From NCBI GenBank assembly GCA_951406725.2, contig OX597817.1, positions 26,164,001 to 26,228,000 on the forward strand: a stretch of DNA of 64,000 nt, given 5' to 3'. The notes beneath the pieces are model-generated. The model did not search any database, was not told where the DNA came from, and saw only the letters and a program-made list of their open reading frames with translations. Made by a program: the position numbers and the translations under genes. This DNA comes from Octopus vulgaris (taxonomy: Eukaryota). This document shows, piece by piece, positions 26,120 through 38,398 of this stretch. How positions within the stretch are numbered: the stretch's first letter is position 1; every line of letters begins with the position of its first letter.

Positions 26120-26751
26120 CCCTTTTGTTACTGTATTTATTTTGAGATGCTCTGTGTTTCAATTACTTTAAATAAAACAAAGAATTTAGGAAAATAACTT
26201 AGTTATCATTCAGCTAGTGTTAGGAGCATAAATTGTAACTAAGGTTTACTCCCTTTTACTCTTTACTCTTTTACTTGTTTCAGTCATTTGACTGCGGCCA
26301 TGCTGGAGCACCACCTTTAGTCAAGCAACTCGACCCCGGGACTTATTCTTTTTGGAAGCCCAGTACTTATTCTATTGGTCTCTTTTTGCCGAAGTGACGG
26401 GGACGTAAACACACCAGCATCGGTTGTCAAGCAATGCTAGGAGAACAAACACAGACACAAAAACATACACACATACATATATATATATATACATATATAC
26501 GACAGGCTTCTTTCAGTTTCCGTCTACCAAATCCACTCACAAGGCATTGGTCAGCCCGGGGCTATAGTAGAAGACACTTGCCCAAGATGCCATGCAGTGG
26601 GACTGAACCCGGAACCATGTGGTTGGTTAGCAAGCTACTTACCACACAGCCACTCCTGCGCCTGGTGGAAGATTTTAATTCAAAACTTATGAAAACAAGA
26701 CATTTGTATTCAGAGCCAGAGCCGGTTTCAGCCAGGCTAGTAACGAAAGGG
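26120..26751. mobile_element. piggyBac-type MITE (~215 bp) interrupted by a SINE B
   Basis: TTAA at 26116-26119 and 26752-26755; 13-bp TIRs cccttttgttact / agtaacgaaaggg with one mismatch. Confidence 0.85.
26246..26663 (-). mobile_element. SINE family B nested in the piggyBac MITE
   Basis: Full head-to-tail match to other B copies. Confidence 0.9.
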
Positions 26752-27142
26752 TTAATAAGTTAATAATGCATAAATCTGCAATAATGTGTGATTTCAGTAT
26801 GTAATTGTTGTTTGAATGTTGAAGATAATGATTTGAAGAGGTAGGATCTGGGGCAGAAAAAAATGGAGATGGTGACAGGATCAGGGTACAAGGAAGGGAT
26901 GTGAAAGATAAACTGGGTATTGAATATTGCTGCACAGACCTTGATTTCCACTTGAATTTACACAGAGGGTGTTGTGTGGTGTGTGGAAGAGATAAAGAGT
27001 ATGTTGTTTGTATGTGTGTTTGAGAATTATTTTTATGGAGGTGAAACTAAATAGATTCCTTGGAGGTGATGGTGGAAAGGAGTGCATTTTGAAGGTGAAC
27101 ATGCATGTGTCTGCATGCACTTGTATATTTTTATAGGTATGG

Positions 27143-27592
27143 TTAGTTGGTCTGGTTTTATTTAAATTGTTTTATCTTTTAAGCAGAAGGAAAGGTAATG
27201 CTCATGACCTGTTCTAGAGCCTCCAAGACTACTGGAAGGGAGGAAGGAATCTATTCTCAAATCAGAAACTTTACTTAAATCCTTGCAACAAGGTTGATTC
27301 AGTAAGAGGCACCCAAGATGCTAGGTGGTGGTGCTAAGCTGGGTGAGAGATCAAGTCTACCACCTAAGTAAGCAATGGTGGGATTTGAACTCTGAAGATA
27401 GAGAACTGGAACAAAAGCTGCAAAACATCTGGACTGACGTTCTTACAGTTCCACTAATTCATTGCTTTTGATTGGTATTTTAGTTGGTCTGGTTTTATTT
27501 AAATTGTTTTATCTTTTAAGCAGAAGGAAAGGTAATGCTCATGACCTGTTCTAGAGCCCCCAAGACTACTGGAACGGAGGAAGGAATCTATT
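27143..27592 (+). repeat. Near-identical 113-bp direct duplication (27143-27255 and 27480-27592)
   Basis: ttagttggtctggttttatttaaattg...ggaggaaggaatctatt occurs twice with about 2 differences. Confidence 0.95.
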
Positions 27593-28142
27593 ATAGGATG
27601 AAAGGCAAAGTTCACCCTATGAGATTTGAACTCAGAGAGCAGGGCCAGAATAAATACTACATAGCAGTTTATCTGATATTCAAATGATTCCACCACTTCA
27701 TCACTGTAGAATAAATTTCCAAAACAAATTATCAAAGTCCAGTGGTCTGTAAGGAAATAAAATAGGAATAAAACCAAAACGTAAAGCTTACAAGAAGAAA
27801 GACAAAAAGACAGATTGTAGGATTTAACGATCATTTACTTAAAACAAGTTATAATGAAGGATGCTATATGAGATAGAACTGCTTTGCAGTGAAAAGTGTT
27901 AAAAAAATAGTCACATCTCATGATATAAATAATACATTTACAAAGTGCTTAACTGCTAAAAGATATTCACACAACTACTCATATTTGATATAAAACTGAA
28001 TGTTGAATTCTTGTCACGTAATTTATTATTATGTAATACTTTGATTCTAATAAACTATGTAAAACACATGTCTAACAATATTATTTTTCCCTTTTTGTTG
28101 CTCAGACATAGCTATGTGGATAAGAAGTTTTCTTCAAAACTA

Positions 28143-28558
28143 TGTGTGGCTGTGTGGTAAGTAGCTTGCTTACGAACCACATGGTTCCGGGTTCAGTCCC
28201 ACTGCGTGGCACCTTGAGCAAGTGTCTTCTACTACAGCCTCGGGCTGACCAAAGCCTTGTGAGTGGATTTGGTAGACGGAAACTGAAAGAAGCCCGTCGT
28301 ATATATGTATATATATATATATATGTGTATGTGTGTGTGTTCCTGTGTCTGTGTTTGTCCCCCTAGCATTGCTTGACAACCGATGCTGGTGTGTTTATGT
28401 CCCCGTAACTTAGCGGTTCGGCAAAAGAGACTGATAGAATAGATACTGGGCTTACAAAGAATAAGCCCTGGGGTCGAGTTGCTCGATTAGAGGTGGTGCT
28501 CCAGCATGGCCGCAGTCAAATGACTGAAACAAGTAAAAGAGTAAAAGAGTAAAAGAGT
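28143..28558 (+). mobile_element. SINE family B
   Basis: gtggctgtgtggtaagtagc...(gtaaaaga)3; lies inside an older decayed B-like head. Confidence 0.9.
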
Positions 28559-30174
28559 ATGTCCAGGTTCAATCTGTAGTCTCACATTGAGTAATATTTT
28601 ATGATGGGAAATGTGCTACATTTGACTTGTAAGTGAAATGTTAGCTGAAATCTTTCATGAGTTCATGTATGTATATACATCGATGTTTATCTGTATCTAT
28701 GTGAATCAATGTTTCAAGTTGTAGCATTTTTACTTAAAAAGGTAATTTGGCCATAAAATAAACAAACATTGGACTGATTTGATAAAACCTTTGAAGGGAG
28801 AGCCATAGCACGTACAGATTACAATGGTTGAAACCAGGAAAAGTTATTAATCTTCTCTTTAGGGAATATATATCTGTACACATTCTTAATCTCAGCATAG
28901 ATTGAAACTCAGTACATTTACCTTTAGTTTATGTATAATAACATTCCTAATCACTATGCCACCAGTATACAAACAAGTAGTGAAGTAATTTTAGGTTATT
29001 TAGCTATATCTTTCAGGAAGGACCATGGGTCCTTTAAGAAAGACAAATCTAGGTCCAACCCAAGCTATTCGAAGCATTTTCATGGCCCAACACCTGCACC
29101 CCTTGTTCCAGAGACTATGGGAAGGGTAGTGATATACTACATTGCTGTTAGCACTGGACTTACTGAATGAGTTATTAACATACTTTGTATGTTCTGTTTC
29201 TTTGATATCTATAATGTTTCACTATGCTTCTCTCTATCAAGTATGGAAATTTTATTCTGTATCAATATATGCTTTCAATTTTTAAGCTATATATGTTCTT
29301 CAGCCAGTAGATATTTTTCTAGGCTTTCTAAAATTTCTCTATTCTGATATTGATGAAAAATCTACTTTATCCTCTATTATGCTTTCCAATAAATGTATGT
29401 GATGTTACAAAGCCAGTACCCATGTTCTACTCAGTCTTGTATAAATTTAACTTTAGGGACAGATCTGCAAAGTGTGATATTGCCTTAATTTTACATTTAG
29501 TTCTTATGTTCCAAATTTTCTTCATTTTCAAATACAGACATTTGTAGTAAAACAGGGACACATTAGGTTTTGGCCAAACCTTTTCTTTGTACATGAGTCT
29601 AAGCATTATACTGAGAATAAGTATTTATTATTCAGGAATTTAATTTTAACGAGGTATTTTTTAACTTCATAAGTCAAAGCAAATCATAAGTCTGAAGCTG
29701 TAGACATTTGACAATGTCTTCCCTTAGGGAATTGTATGGTTCTGAAATCTAATTATACTTTCCTTGTTGCAACTATTGTAAAGAGACTCTTAATATAAAA
29801 TTTGATTATTCAACAGGACATAGTTAAATTGCCCTATGAGCTGTCCTGATTATTCTTCATATTAAAATGCTCTGGCTATGAGGAAAAAATTATGTTCATT
29901 GGATGGCAGTTTAGTGATGACACATTAGGTATCTATCACCTGAATGAAATTTACATAACAGATTGAGAATCATAGGTTATCAAAGTCAGTGATGGATATG
30001 TCCTGGTATTAGCTTGGCTATGAGAGTGAAAGCAAATTAAAGAACATGTTTGATCTTCATTTAATGCCTAATGTTCATTTCTCTATGCTGTTATGGGTTA
30101 GACAGAGAGTCATTTGAGACAGAGCACTGGTGATGACTAACTGAAAACCTGTAGCCAATGCTACATTTCACAAA

Positions 30175-30556
30175 TCATTTATATGTAAAGCTGAAGTTGT
30201 CTGTGTGTGGCAGATTTGATAGCCTTCAACTAACACTATCTCCTCCGGTGCAGGTTGACCAAAATTGAGAGTAGGATAGAAGAAGGCTTGCTCTTCATTC
30301 CGTAGAAGATAAAATTCAAATCGGACCATGTTAAAACCAAAAATTATTTACATCAAAAAGGTGCTTTTTTTTCTATGAAAATCCCTGTTTTTTACGATTT
30401 TTTTACTGCTGTGTCGCCATTTTTCAGTGTATTTCAATCAGAAAAATATTCACTTAAAGAGAATAACAAGCTACATAATGCAAAAGTTTTACTTTTCAAA
30501 AATTCTAATTTTAAAGCGTTGAAACAAACACGAGCAACGCTGGGCGGTACTGCTAG
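30175..30556 (+). mobile_element. Non-autonomous Helitron
   Basis: A|TC...cacgagcaacgctgggcggtactgCTAG|T: 5' TC, subterminal GC hairpin, 3' CTAG, inserted in AT with no TSD. Confidence 0.75.
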
Positions 30557-30866
30557 TTGCAATATAAATTGAATGAAGGAATAAAAAAGATTTGACAATA
30601 AATCAGAGACAAGAATTCACAAATGTTTGCTCTTTTCTTGAAACAAAGGCAACAACAATTCTCAGACCTAAATAATTCAATAACACCCCTACTGAAGTCC
30701 ACCTGACATAGCCATCTCTCCTGGTTATTGATTTTCTTTCTGACTTCGAAGTGCATCTGTTCAAACCAAACATTAACCAAATCAATCTGGTCAGTCTTTC
30801 AAAGCCTTCAAATGTCATAGACGCAATCCCTTCTAACTGAATCAATCCATTAAAATAACCTTACAG

Positions 30867-31066
30867 CAGTGTTTTCAAACATTTTACTTGGAGCGGAACC
30901 CCAAGGAAACATTCCACTGGTTCGGGGAACCCCTGTGCAATAATTTAATAGTTTTATGCACACATATCTGCACAGGAGAATTAAAAATTACTGCTGATTT
31001 TAGCTTTTTGTAACTTCTTGCGGAGCCCCTGGACTGTACTGGCGGAACCTTGGTTGAAAACCACTG
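30867..31066. mobile_element. hAT (Charlie-like) MITE, 200 bp
   Basis: Perfect 8-bp TSD ccttacag (30859-30866 and 31067-31074); TIRs cagtgttttcaaac / ggttgaaaaccactg. Confidence 0.92.
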
Positions 31067-32182
31067 CCTTACAGCAAATCTCATTGTTTGGTTTGAGGAA
31101 TTTTGCAATTGACCATCCAGATGAGTTACATGGTTTTGCTAGATTCTGTAAAGATACTGAACTTGCTTAAACAGTGGAACTTACTAAGAATATATTAAGG
31201 ACAAACAATATGCAATCATTTGCATCTTAAGACCTTGTTTTCTTTTGATGGTGACTACAGTTTGCATTTACACCGTGCACAGTGAGAAATGCAATACATA
31301 TCCCCATTCCATCATGAGCTTTGAAAGTTCATCAGCATTTGGAACTCACTGTCCCCAATCATCTTGTGCAGACTTTGGAAGATACATTTGGGTTATAATC
31401 TCATGGAGTGATTCTTAGTAAATAACACGGCTAATGAGTAACTTAGGATGTTTCAGACAGTGCTTGGTAAACTACAATTGCCTTCCAGCTTTCTTGTGAT
31501 CAACTATGTGAGGCAACCTTAGTGTTGCTCAGTGTTCAATTTCTGCTCTAGCTGACACTGGAAGTCATCTGCAGCAGCCAATACTTTTATTAGTAAGAAT
31601 AACTTAGTGTATAGTATGGGCCCATTTTGAAAGGTATCTCTGTGTGCTATTAGTTGTATTTTCTGACACGCTGGAAATGTACTTCCTATATATATGCCTT
31701 TTATGATACTTCTTAGTCACATGAGACACTACTTTCAGCTTTCTTCACCTCACTCACCAAAATAATATATTTCATTTATTTATTCATATTTAGATTTGAA
31801 AGTAAGTTTTTTTTCTAATGACTGATGACCTGAAGAATAAGTATTTTACTATCCACAAGCCATGATGAATGTTAAGTAAGTGTGAAGTAAGGTGAGTATT
31901 CAAATGGAGACAACTTATGTTGCTGTAACCTGAAGATCCTCAACAAATCAAATTATCACTTTACTCTTATCAAATTACACTTGTTTGCTTTATCTGGGAA
32001 CTAAAATTGGAAAGCAAAGATATGAATACAAATTGTCCATGCTGCATATCTGATACATCGAGAACAATGGGAATATCTTATATAAAGTATTGGAAATAAT
32101 ATCATACAAGCCTTAATTTTTAAGCAAGACAAATTTATTCAGAAATATTCCTGAAGCTAAATACAAGGTCCAGCAAGGAAAA

Positions 32183-32535
32183 CAGAGTGTTATTAAATGA
32201 ATACAATGTTGTTTAAATGTACAGAACAATGTGTGCCTTTTAACAACGTATAAGTAACAAATAAGTAACTGTTCATTTAGTCTTGATAACAATGTCATTC
32301 GAATGCCTTCCATTGTTTTGTACACATACTTGGAGCCTGGCTTGGAAGTTCTACATTGTCTATCACACCATGTCTTGAGGTATCGCAGTAATTTCCTGAT
32401 GAGTAGTAGCTTTCTATTCCTCTAATGTGCACTGTTTATTGACGAAATTTTCCCTTCAACGAATACTTTCCCTAAAGAAAATAATCGTAATTCAAAATAT
32501 CAGGTGATCAAGCTGGGCATGGCATGTAAATGCAT
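32183..32535 (-). pseudogene. Old Tc1/mariner-superfamily transposase C-terminus relic plus one terminus
   Basis: Minus strand: PCPA*SPDILNYDYFL*G...TLEE*KATTHQEITAIPQDM...NFQARLQVCVQNNGRH, matching the WPARSPDL..DFFLWG motif; cagagtgttattaaatga end. Confidence 0.7.
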
Positions 32536-32899
32536 TAGAAAAGTATATCATTGGTATGCATTTTTAAACATGAAGCTATCTATTTATCTGTATGTATGCA
32601 AGTAAATACACACACACACACACACACACACATATATGTATATAGGTATATAAACATACAAAGAGAGAGAGAAAGAGAAAGGAGGTTTGAGATAAATATA
32701 AGTGTTTAAATATATTTATATATAAGACTACATATTATTCTATATATTATAAGAGTACAATAGGTATGCACTCTATAAAAAGTATTGAGTAATTCTTCAG
32801 TTTAATCCTAAATAGTTTTTATTATAACTGACAAAAAAATCAAACGTGTACGTATATATATAAGCGTGCGTGTGTGTGTGTGTGCGTGTATTCACCATG

Positions 32900-33075
32900 A
32901 TAGATCGCTAGCCACACCACATTCTTTATTTTCTCTCCTTGTTTCTTTCTGTGGAAGAGCGTAGGCTCGAAATGTTAAAGACTTTTTCACTTCCTGAGCG
33001 TTATACTAATACATCTGTTTTTTGTCTACACCACCTGTCTTCGTCTTTTGTTGTTGTTTTTTGCGAATTCTCCCT
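32900..33075 (+). mobile_element. Repeat P1 with its best-preserved variant HHR at 32944-32981
   Basis: tcttt-CTGTGGA-a-gagc-gtag-gctc-GAAA-tg-TT-aaaga; stems I and II pair perfectly. Confidence 0.65.
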
Positions 33076-33411
33076 ATCCTTACCTTTATTGTTTTTACGT
33101 TTTTGTATTCTTATTCGTGCTTTCCTTATTGTTTTCACGTATTTCTGTATTTTTATTCGTGTACTTCGTTCGTTTTCCGTCCTTGTGTTGTATACATTCG
33201 AAGCTTTCTTCCAAAGGGATCTAATGCGCTTGGCTTAGATTTCCCTTGGAGGCTGCTCAGGTCGGAGCAATCTCAAGATTAATCAGCCGAAATTGCGAAG
33301 ATGATCCGGTTCTTGACTGATGACTGAGGGCTTCGAATGTCCCGTCCTGTGGTTCTTGTGTCGTCTTCCAGGTGTTTCATGTTCTTGTCTCAGTTTGCAT
33401 ATATTTTTTAC

Positions 33412-33472
<61 letters not shown>

Positions 33473-34048
33473 TTATTGAGCATCTATGTTCCATGCTGGT
33501 ATGGGTAGGACAGATTGACAGCATCTGATGAATCTAAGGACTGTATCATGCTCCAGCATGGTTATTGTATCTGGATGTCCTTCCTAGTGCCAACCACTTT
33601 ACAGTGTGTACTGGGAATTATTTTTGTGCCACCAGCACTATTGAGGAGCTATGCATAAAACGATGTGGGTAATATTTATCATGTATTTACTAATGTTGAA
33701 TGCTATTAGCTGTAGGATGTTGTATCAGAAAATTTTCTTTTTAAATATCTTTGTATGTGTGAAAGATACAGCTCACTGTTAATGATATTATGTTGTTTAA
33801 ATAAGGTATATTAAATAACATACAAGACATATTCTTGATCTATGGAAAATCTTTTCAAGTCCAGAAAGTGGTAAAAGAATCATAAGTTAGCAATTGGGAT
33901 CAATTTTTATTGAGGAAGGGGCATAATCTTAAAAATCAAGTATTCTCTAAAATTGACATGCTAGTGATCTGGTGGTGCTCTCAAGAAAAGAGAATAGCTA
34001 TGGGCATGGTTTTTCTGCTATCATCACTACTTGCCTCACCTTGGTTCT

Positions 34049-34049
<1 letters not shown>

Positions 34050-34079
<30 letters not shown>

Positions 34080-34303
34080 TCTTCACCATCTTCATCTTCA
34101 CCTTCATCTTCATCTTTATCTTCACCATCTTCATCATCATCATCTTCATCTTCATCTTCCCCTTCATCATCTTCACCTTCATCTTCATCTTCATCATCAT
34201 CATCATCATCTTCATCATCTTCATTTTCACCATCTTCATCTTCATCATCGTCATCATCTTCCTTATCATTATCATCATCATCATCATCTTCATCATCATC
34301 ACC
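34050..34303. repeat. Compound (CAT)n/(CTTCAT)n/(CTTCAC)n repeat, the expanded tail of a family A-like copy
   Basis: 3-periodic repeat giving spurious poly-His, poly-Ser and poly-Asp/Glu ORFs; followed by ttaatgcccactttctatgctgg. Confidence 0.9.
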
Positions 34304-34727
34304 ATTTAATGCCCACTTTCTATGCTGGTATGGATTAAATGGTTTGACTGGAACTGGTAAGCCAGAGAGCTGCACCAGGTTCCAGCCTGATTCAGTGTAA
34401 CAAGTGCTTTTTAAGTGCCACTGGCACAGGTGCCATTTGCATGACTATGGTTTCACTTGGCTTGACATGTCTTCTCAAGTGCAGCATATCACCAAGGTAT
34501 CGGTCACTTGTCATCACCTCCGTGAGGCCCAACATTTGAACATCATACTTCACCACTTTGTCCTTCACCTCTGTGAGGACCAACATTCGAAGATCATGGC
34601 ACTAGCTATGACCACAATTGCAATTTCACTTGAGCCATTTACATGACACTTACATGAAAGGAATTAAGACCGTTTTTGGCCTAGTGTAATTTGCACAATT
34701 CAATCAACAATGACCAAAAAGAAATAG

Positions 34728-34759
<32 letters not shown>

Positions 34760-34787
34760 TAGTGTTCCCTTTTTCTATGTCAAGTTA

Positions 34788-35290
34788 TCATCGTCGTCAT
34801 CATCATCATCATTGTTTAACGTCCGTTTCTCATGCTAGCATGGGTTCAACGGTTCAACCAGGGTCTGGGAAGCCAGGAGGCTACACCAGGTTCTAGTCTG
34901 ATCTGGCAGTGTTTCTACAGCTGGATGCCCTTCCTAATGCCAACCACTCCGTGTATGCAGTGGGTGCTTTTTACATGCGACCGGCACAGGGGCTAGAGGA
35001 GGCTGGAAAACAGCCATGATTGGTTGGTGCTTTTTACGCGTCACCGACACGGATACCAGTCAGGCAGTGCTGGCATCAACCACGTTCAGATGGTGCCTTT
35101 TACATGCCACCAGCATGGGTATCTTAACAACAATTTCCATTTGATTTTTATTTTGATGTTGGTGTTGACATACTTGACTCCAGCGGGTCACTCTACAATA
35201 AAAAATTAGCACAGCAAGCCATGAACTCACTTCCTTTGTTGGGTCTTCACAGTCACAGCATATATCAGAGGTCTTGGTCTTTTGTCATTT
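34788..35290 (-). mobile_element. Family A, long form
   Basis: (CAT)n-tgtttaacgtccg...three ggtgc(t/c)ttttac units. Confidence 0.85.
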
Positions 35291-36680
35291 ATTAAATAAA
35301 CGATTCTATGTCAAATTGAACAATTACTCAATACATTTTAGTAGAGTACATGCTTATTAGATTTATATATACAAAAATAAAAAAGCCTGACAGTGACTTC
35401 AATGTTTCATCTTGATCAGCTTGTTCACCTACATATTTTTCATTTGTTTGAAATGCTGGTATGTTACTATCAAACATCATCACCATCATCAACATCATCG
35501 TTGTTGTTGTTGTTGTTGTTGTTGTTTGTCGTCATCATCCTCGTTATCATCATCATTGTCATTATCACATCAGAGGGTTGCCAAGAGGCCTTCACAAAGA
35601 GGCTGTAGCACTAGAACAAGTGCATTGAAGACAGAGGATCCTAATTTGAAGGAGATTGGAGTTTTGTTCTACTTTGAAATTTATAAATAACTCACCTGAA
35701 AAAGTCTCAAAACTTCTTGAATGCACCTTGTATAAGTCATTGACTTAAGTGGACACAGCCTTTCAAAGTATGTGTAACAGTGTTAGATAAACCCTTAAAG
35801 GAATTTTTGAAATCCATAAATATAATATCAAAGCACACTCCACAAAATATTTTTTTAAAAATTCTCAGCATAGTGAATATACACATGCACTTAGTGACTC
35901 AAACAAATCATACCAATATTAAAAGAATCCTTAGATACTGATACTATTATTATTACTATTATTATAAGTAGTAGCTTTAAGCAAAACTTGTAAATACTTC
36001 CTATGTGTTTCTCATAAATAGTAGAAAGGTAAAGAGACTCTAATGTAAAGGAAATGATATATAACTTTGATATATTTTATATCAGTTTCATATCAAAAGT
36101 TTAACAATTGAATATCCACTTTATCTTGAAGCAATCGGAGGTGAAAAAAAAACCGTAATAATCATATTTTAAAATCAAGAATATTACTTGCCATACATGT
36201 TTACATACATAATGCACAGCCAAATTCTCTGTCTTTCTCTTCCACCACAAACATTCACACGTGCATTCATATATACAAAAAACAAGCACATGTTTACGTG
36301 TGTGTATGTGTGTGTACACAGGCACACACACACACACATGCAGACAGATATTTGACACTGGTTCAATAGTAATGATCACTTGAACAAAGTGAGTCTGCAG
36401 TGAAAATGGACTACAAAAATCTTAAATCCGAGATACAACTTATATTTCACAAATGGAGCTGCAAGGCTTTCGCTGCAGTCAAATGCGGTTCCTTTCATGT
36501 TGAAAACAATAGTGGGAGAAAAATATCAGCTGAAGCATAAACAGTTGTGTAGGGGTAAAATCTGACTAGCATACTGTGTCCTAAAACACTTCTGCAACAT
36601 TCTTATACAAACAGTTACAATTGTGAAACTGTATAATATCTCTGCTAGAAACCTGAACCTCAAATGAAATAGTCTATAAC

Positions 36681-36721
<41 letters not shown>

Positions 36722-37176
36722 GTTTAACGTCCGTTTTCCATGCTAGCATGGGTTGGACGATTTGACTGAGGTCTGGCAAACCAGATAGCTGCACCAGACT
36801 CCAATCTGATCTGGCAGAGTTTCTACAGCTGGATGCCCTTACTAGCGCCAACCACTGTGTAGTGGGTGCTTTTACATGCCACTGGCACGAGGGCCAGTCA
36901 GGTGGTACTGGCAACGGCCACACTCAAATGGTGCTTTTTATGTGCCACCTGCACAGGAGCCAGTCCAGCGGCACTGGCAACGACCTCGCTCAAATGTTTT
37001 TTCATGTGCCACCAGCACAAGTGCCAGTAATGCGACGCAGGTAATGATCACGCTTGAATGGTGCTTTTTACATGCCACCAGCACAGAGGCCAATTTGTTG
37101 CTCTGGCAACGATCATGCTCATATGGTACTCTCAGCGGTCCACTAGCATGGATGCCAGTCATCGAATTTGATTTCA
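36681..37176 (-). mobile_element. Family A, long form with ~5 internal units
   Basis: (CAT)13 tail; repeated ggtgcttttta(c/t)(a/g)tgccacc units; ends gccagtcatcgaatttgatttc. Confidence 0.9.
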
Positions 37177-37208
37177 ATAATAGCTCAATTATGGATCACA
37201 CAAACTTT

Positions 37209-37433
37209 TAGAGGACATTTAATATGTATCAGGACAATTACCGCACCCCACTAGGGCAATCACTCACCATCTGACAATCAACCCTGACAATTACCCCCTA
37301 CGAAAATTACCTCACTTGGTTAGTTACCCCTTCTCTAATATATTAAGAAGTTTTAAATCATCATCTGTTGTCCTCAGGGTTAATTGTCCTTGGGGTGTTT
37401 ATTGACCATGGGGTGGGGTAAATGTCCTAGACT
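37209..37433. mobile_element. Degenerate MITE-like foldback with gacaattacc(c) subterminal repeats
   Basis: aggacattta / taaatgtcct ends; ggacaatta / taattgtcc inverted motifs. Confidence 0.45.
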
Positions 37434-37511
37434 CCATTTAATGATAGTGTTACTAAGGGAAAATTGATGGCAGTAGTGATACTTCAACTGTTAATTATTG
37501 ATACTCAGTAA

Positions 37512-38398
37512 CCGGGGCTGGAGAACTTTCTTAACTAATTACCCCAAAATATATTTATTTAGGTCACAACATTATCTCTTTGATTTGAAAGGAAGAAAAT
37601 CATAGATTGTTTGAATTCAAAAGGTCTATTGAATCTATTGGGTTCTCCGGAAAGTTCGTGCCAATTTATAGTAGCTTACCTTTTGACTTATTTTTGAACA
37701 TGGTTCGGTTGTGTCTATAAACTAGAATTTGACTACACCTCCATTTAGATCACAGTTTAAGCTATCTTTTCATGGAAGAAGGTTTATGTTCCTATAACCT
37801 GTGTTAATTTTGTAACCCTTTAAAATGGAAGAACAGAAAGTTCATTTTCGGCAGTTGATACTTTGGGAACCAGACAAAAATTGCTGCAGCTTGGCTGGGA
37901 TGTGTTACCCTACCCTCCATATTCACCAGATATTGCTCCTTCGGATTTCCACTTATTCTGGTCTCTGCAGAATAGTCTTAATGGTAAAAATTTCAATTCC
38001 TTGGCTGATGTAAAAAGATACCTTAATGAATTCTTTGCCATGAAACCACCTCAATTCTGGGAAGAGGGTATTTTCAAGTTAAAGGATAGATAGAGACGTA
38101 TTGTACAACAAAATGGTTCATATTTGGTTGATTAAAAATGTAATGGCAAGTATTTATTGACCTTTTTCTTTCCTTTAAAAATCAGCACGATCTTTCCGGA
38201 CAACCCAATACTTTACATGAATCTGTTTACACATCCATTACCTTGGACAGATGCAGTGTTGTCAGAAGAAAATCTTCTGCCATAACGAGAACATGTTTTT
38301 TATATATTGTTTTACTTATGTCTAATAAGTCCTTATTACCACCAAGAAATTCATTTTTACCCAACTTGGGGTAGTTTACCCCAGTTTGCCGACCCCTG
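37512..38398. mobile_element. Possible old hAT MITE hosting the nested mariner
   Basis: Ends ccggggctggagaact / agtttgccgacccctg; imperfect 8-bp TSD ctcagtaa / ctctgtga. Confidence 0.4.
37638..38208 (+). mobile_element. Internally deleted mariner, non-autonomous, ~570 bp
   Basis: TA TSD, ~28-bp TIRs, remnant GWDVLPYPPYSPDIAPSDFHLF (mariner YSPDLAP(S)D motif). Confidence 0.95.

Noticed and set aside
33312-33350. CTGATGA...GAAT-GTC hammerhead candidate
   Set aside because: Stems I and II do not pair convincingly and GAAA is absent
33910-34400. Poly-His, poly-Ser and poly-Asp/Glu ORFs of up to 142 aa
   Set aside because: Open in five frames only because of a stop-poor triplet repeat, which is the tail of a SINE-like element
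36860-37140. Regularly spaced ggtgctttttacgtgcca repeats resembling a CRISPR array
   Set aside because: The spacers are homologous to each other, the context is eukaryotic and no cas genes are present; this is a SINE-internal minisatellite
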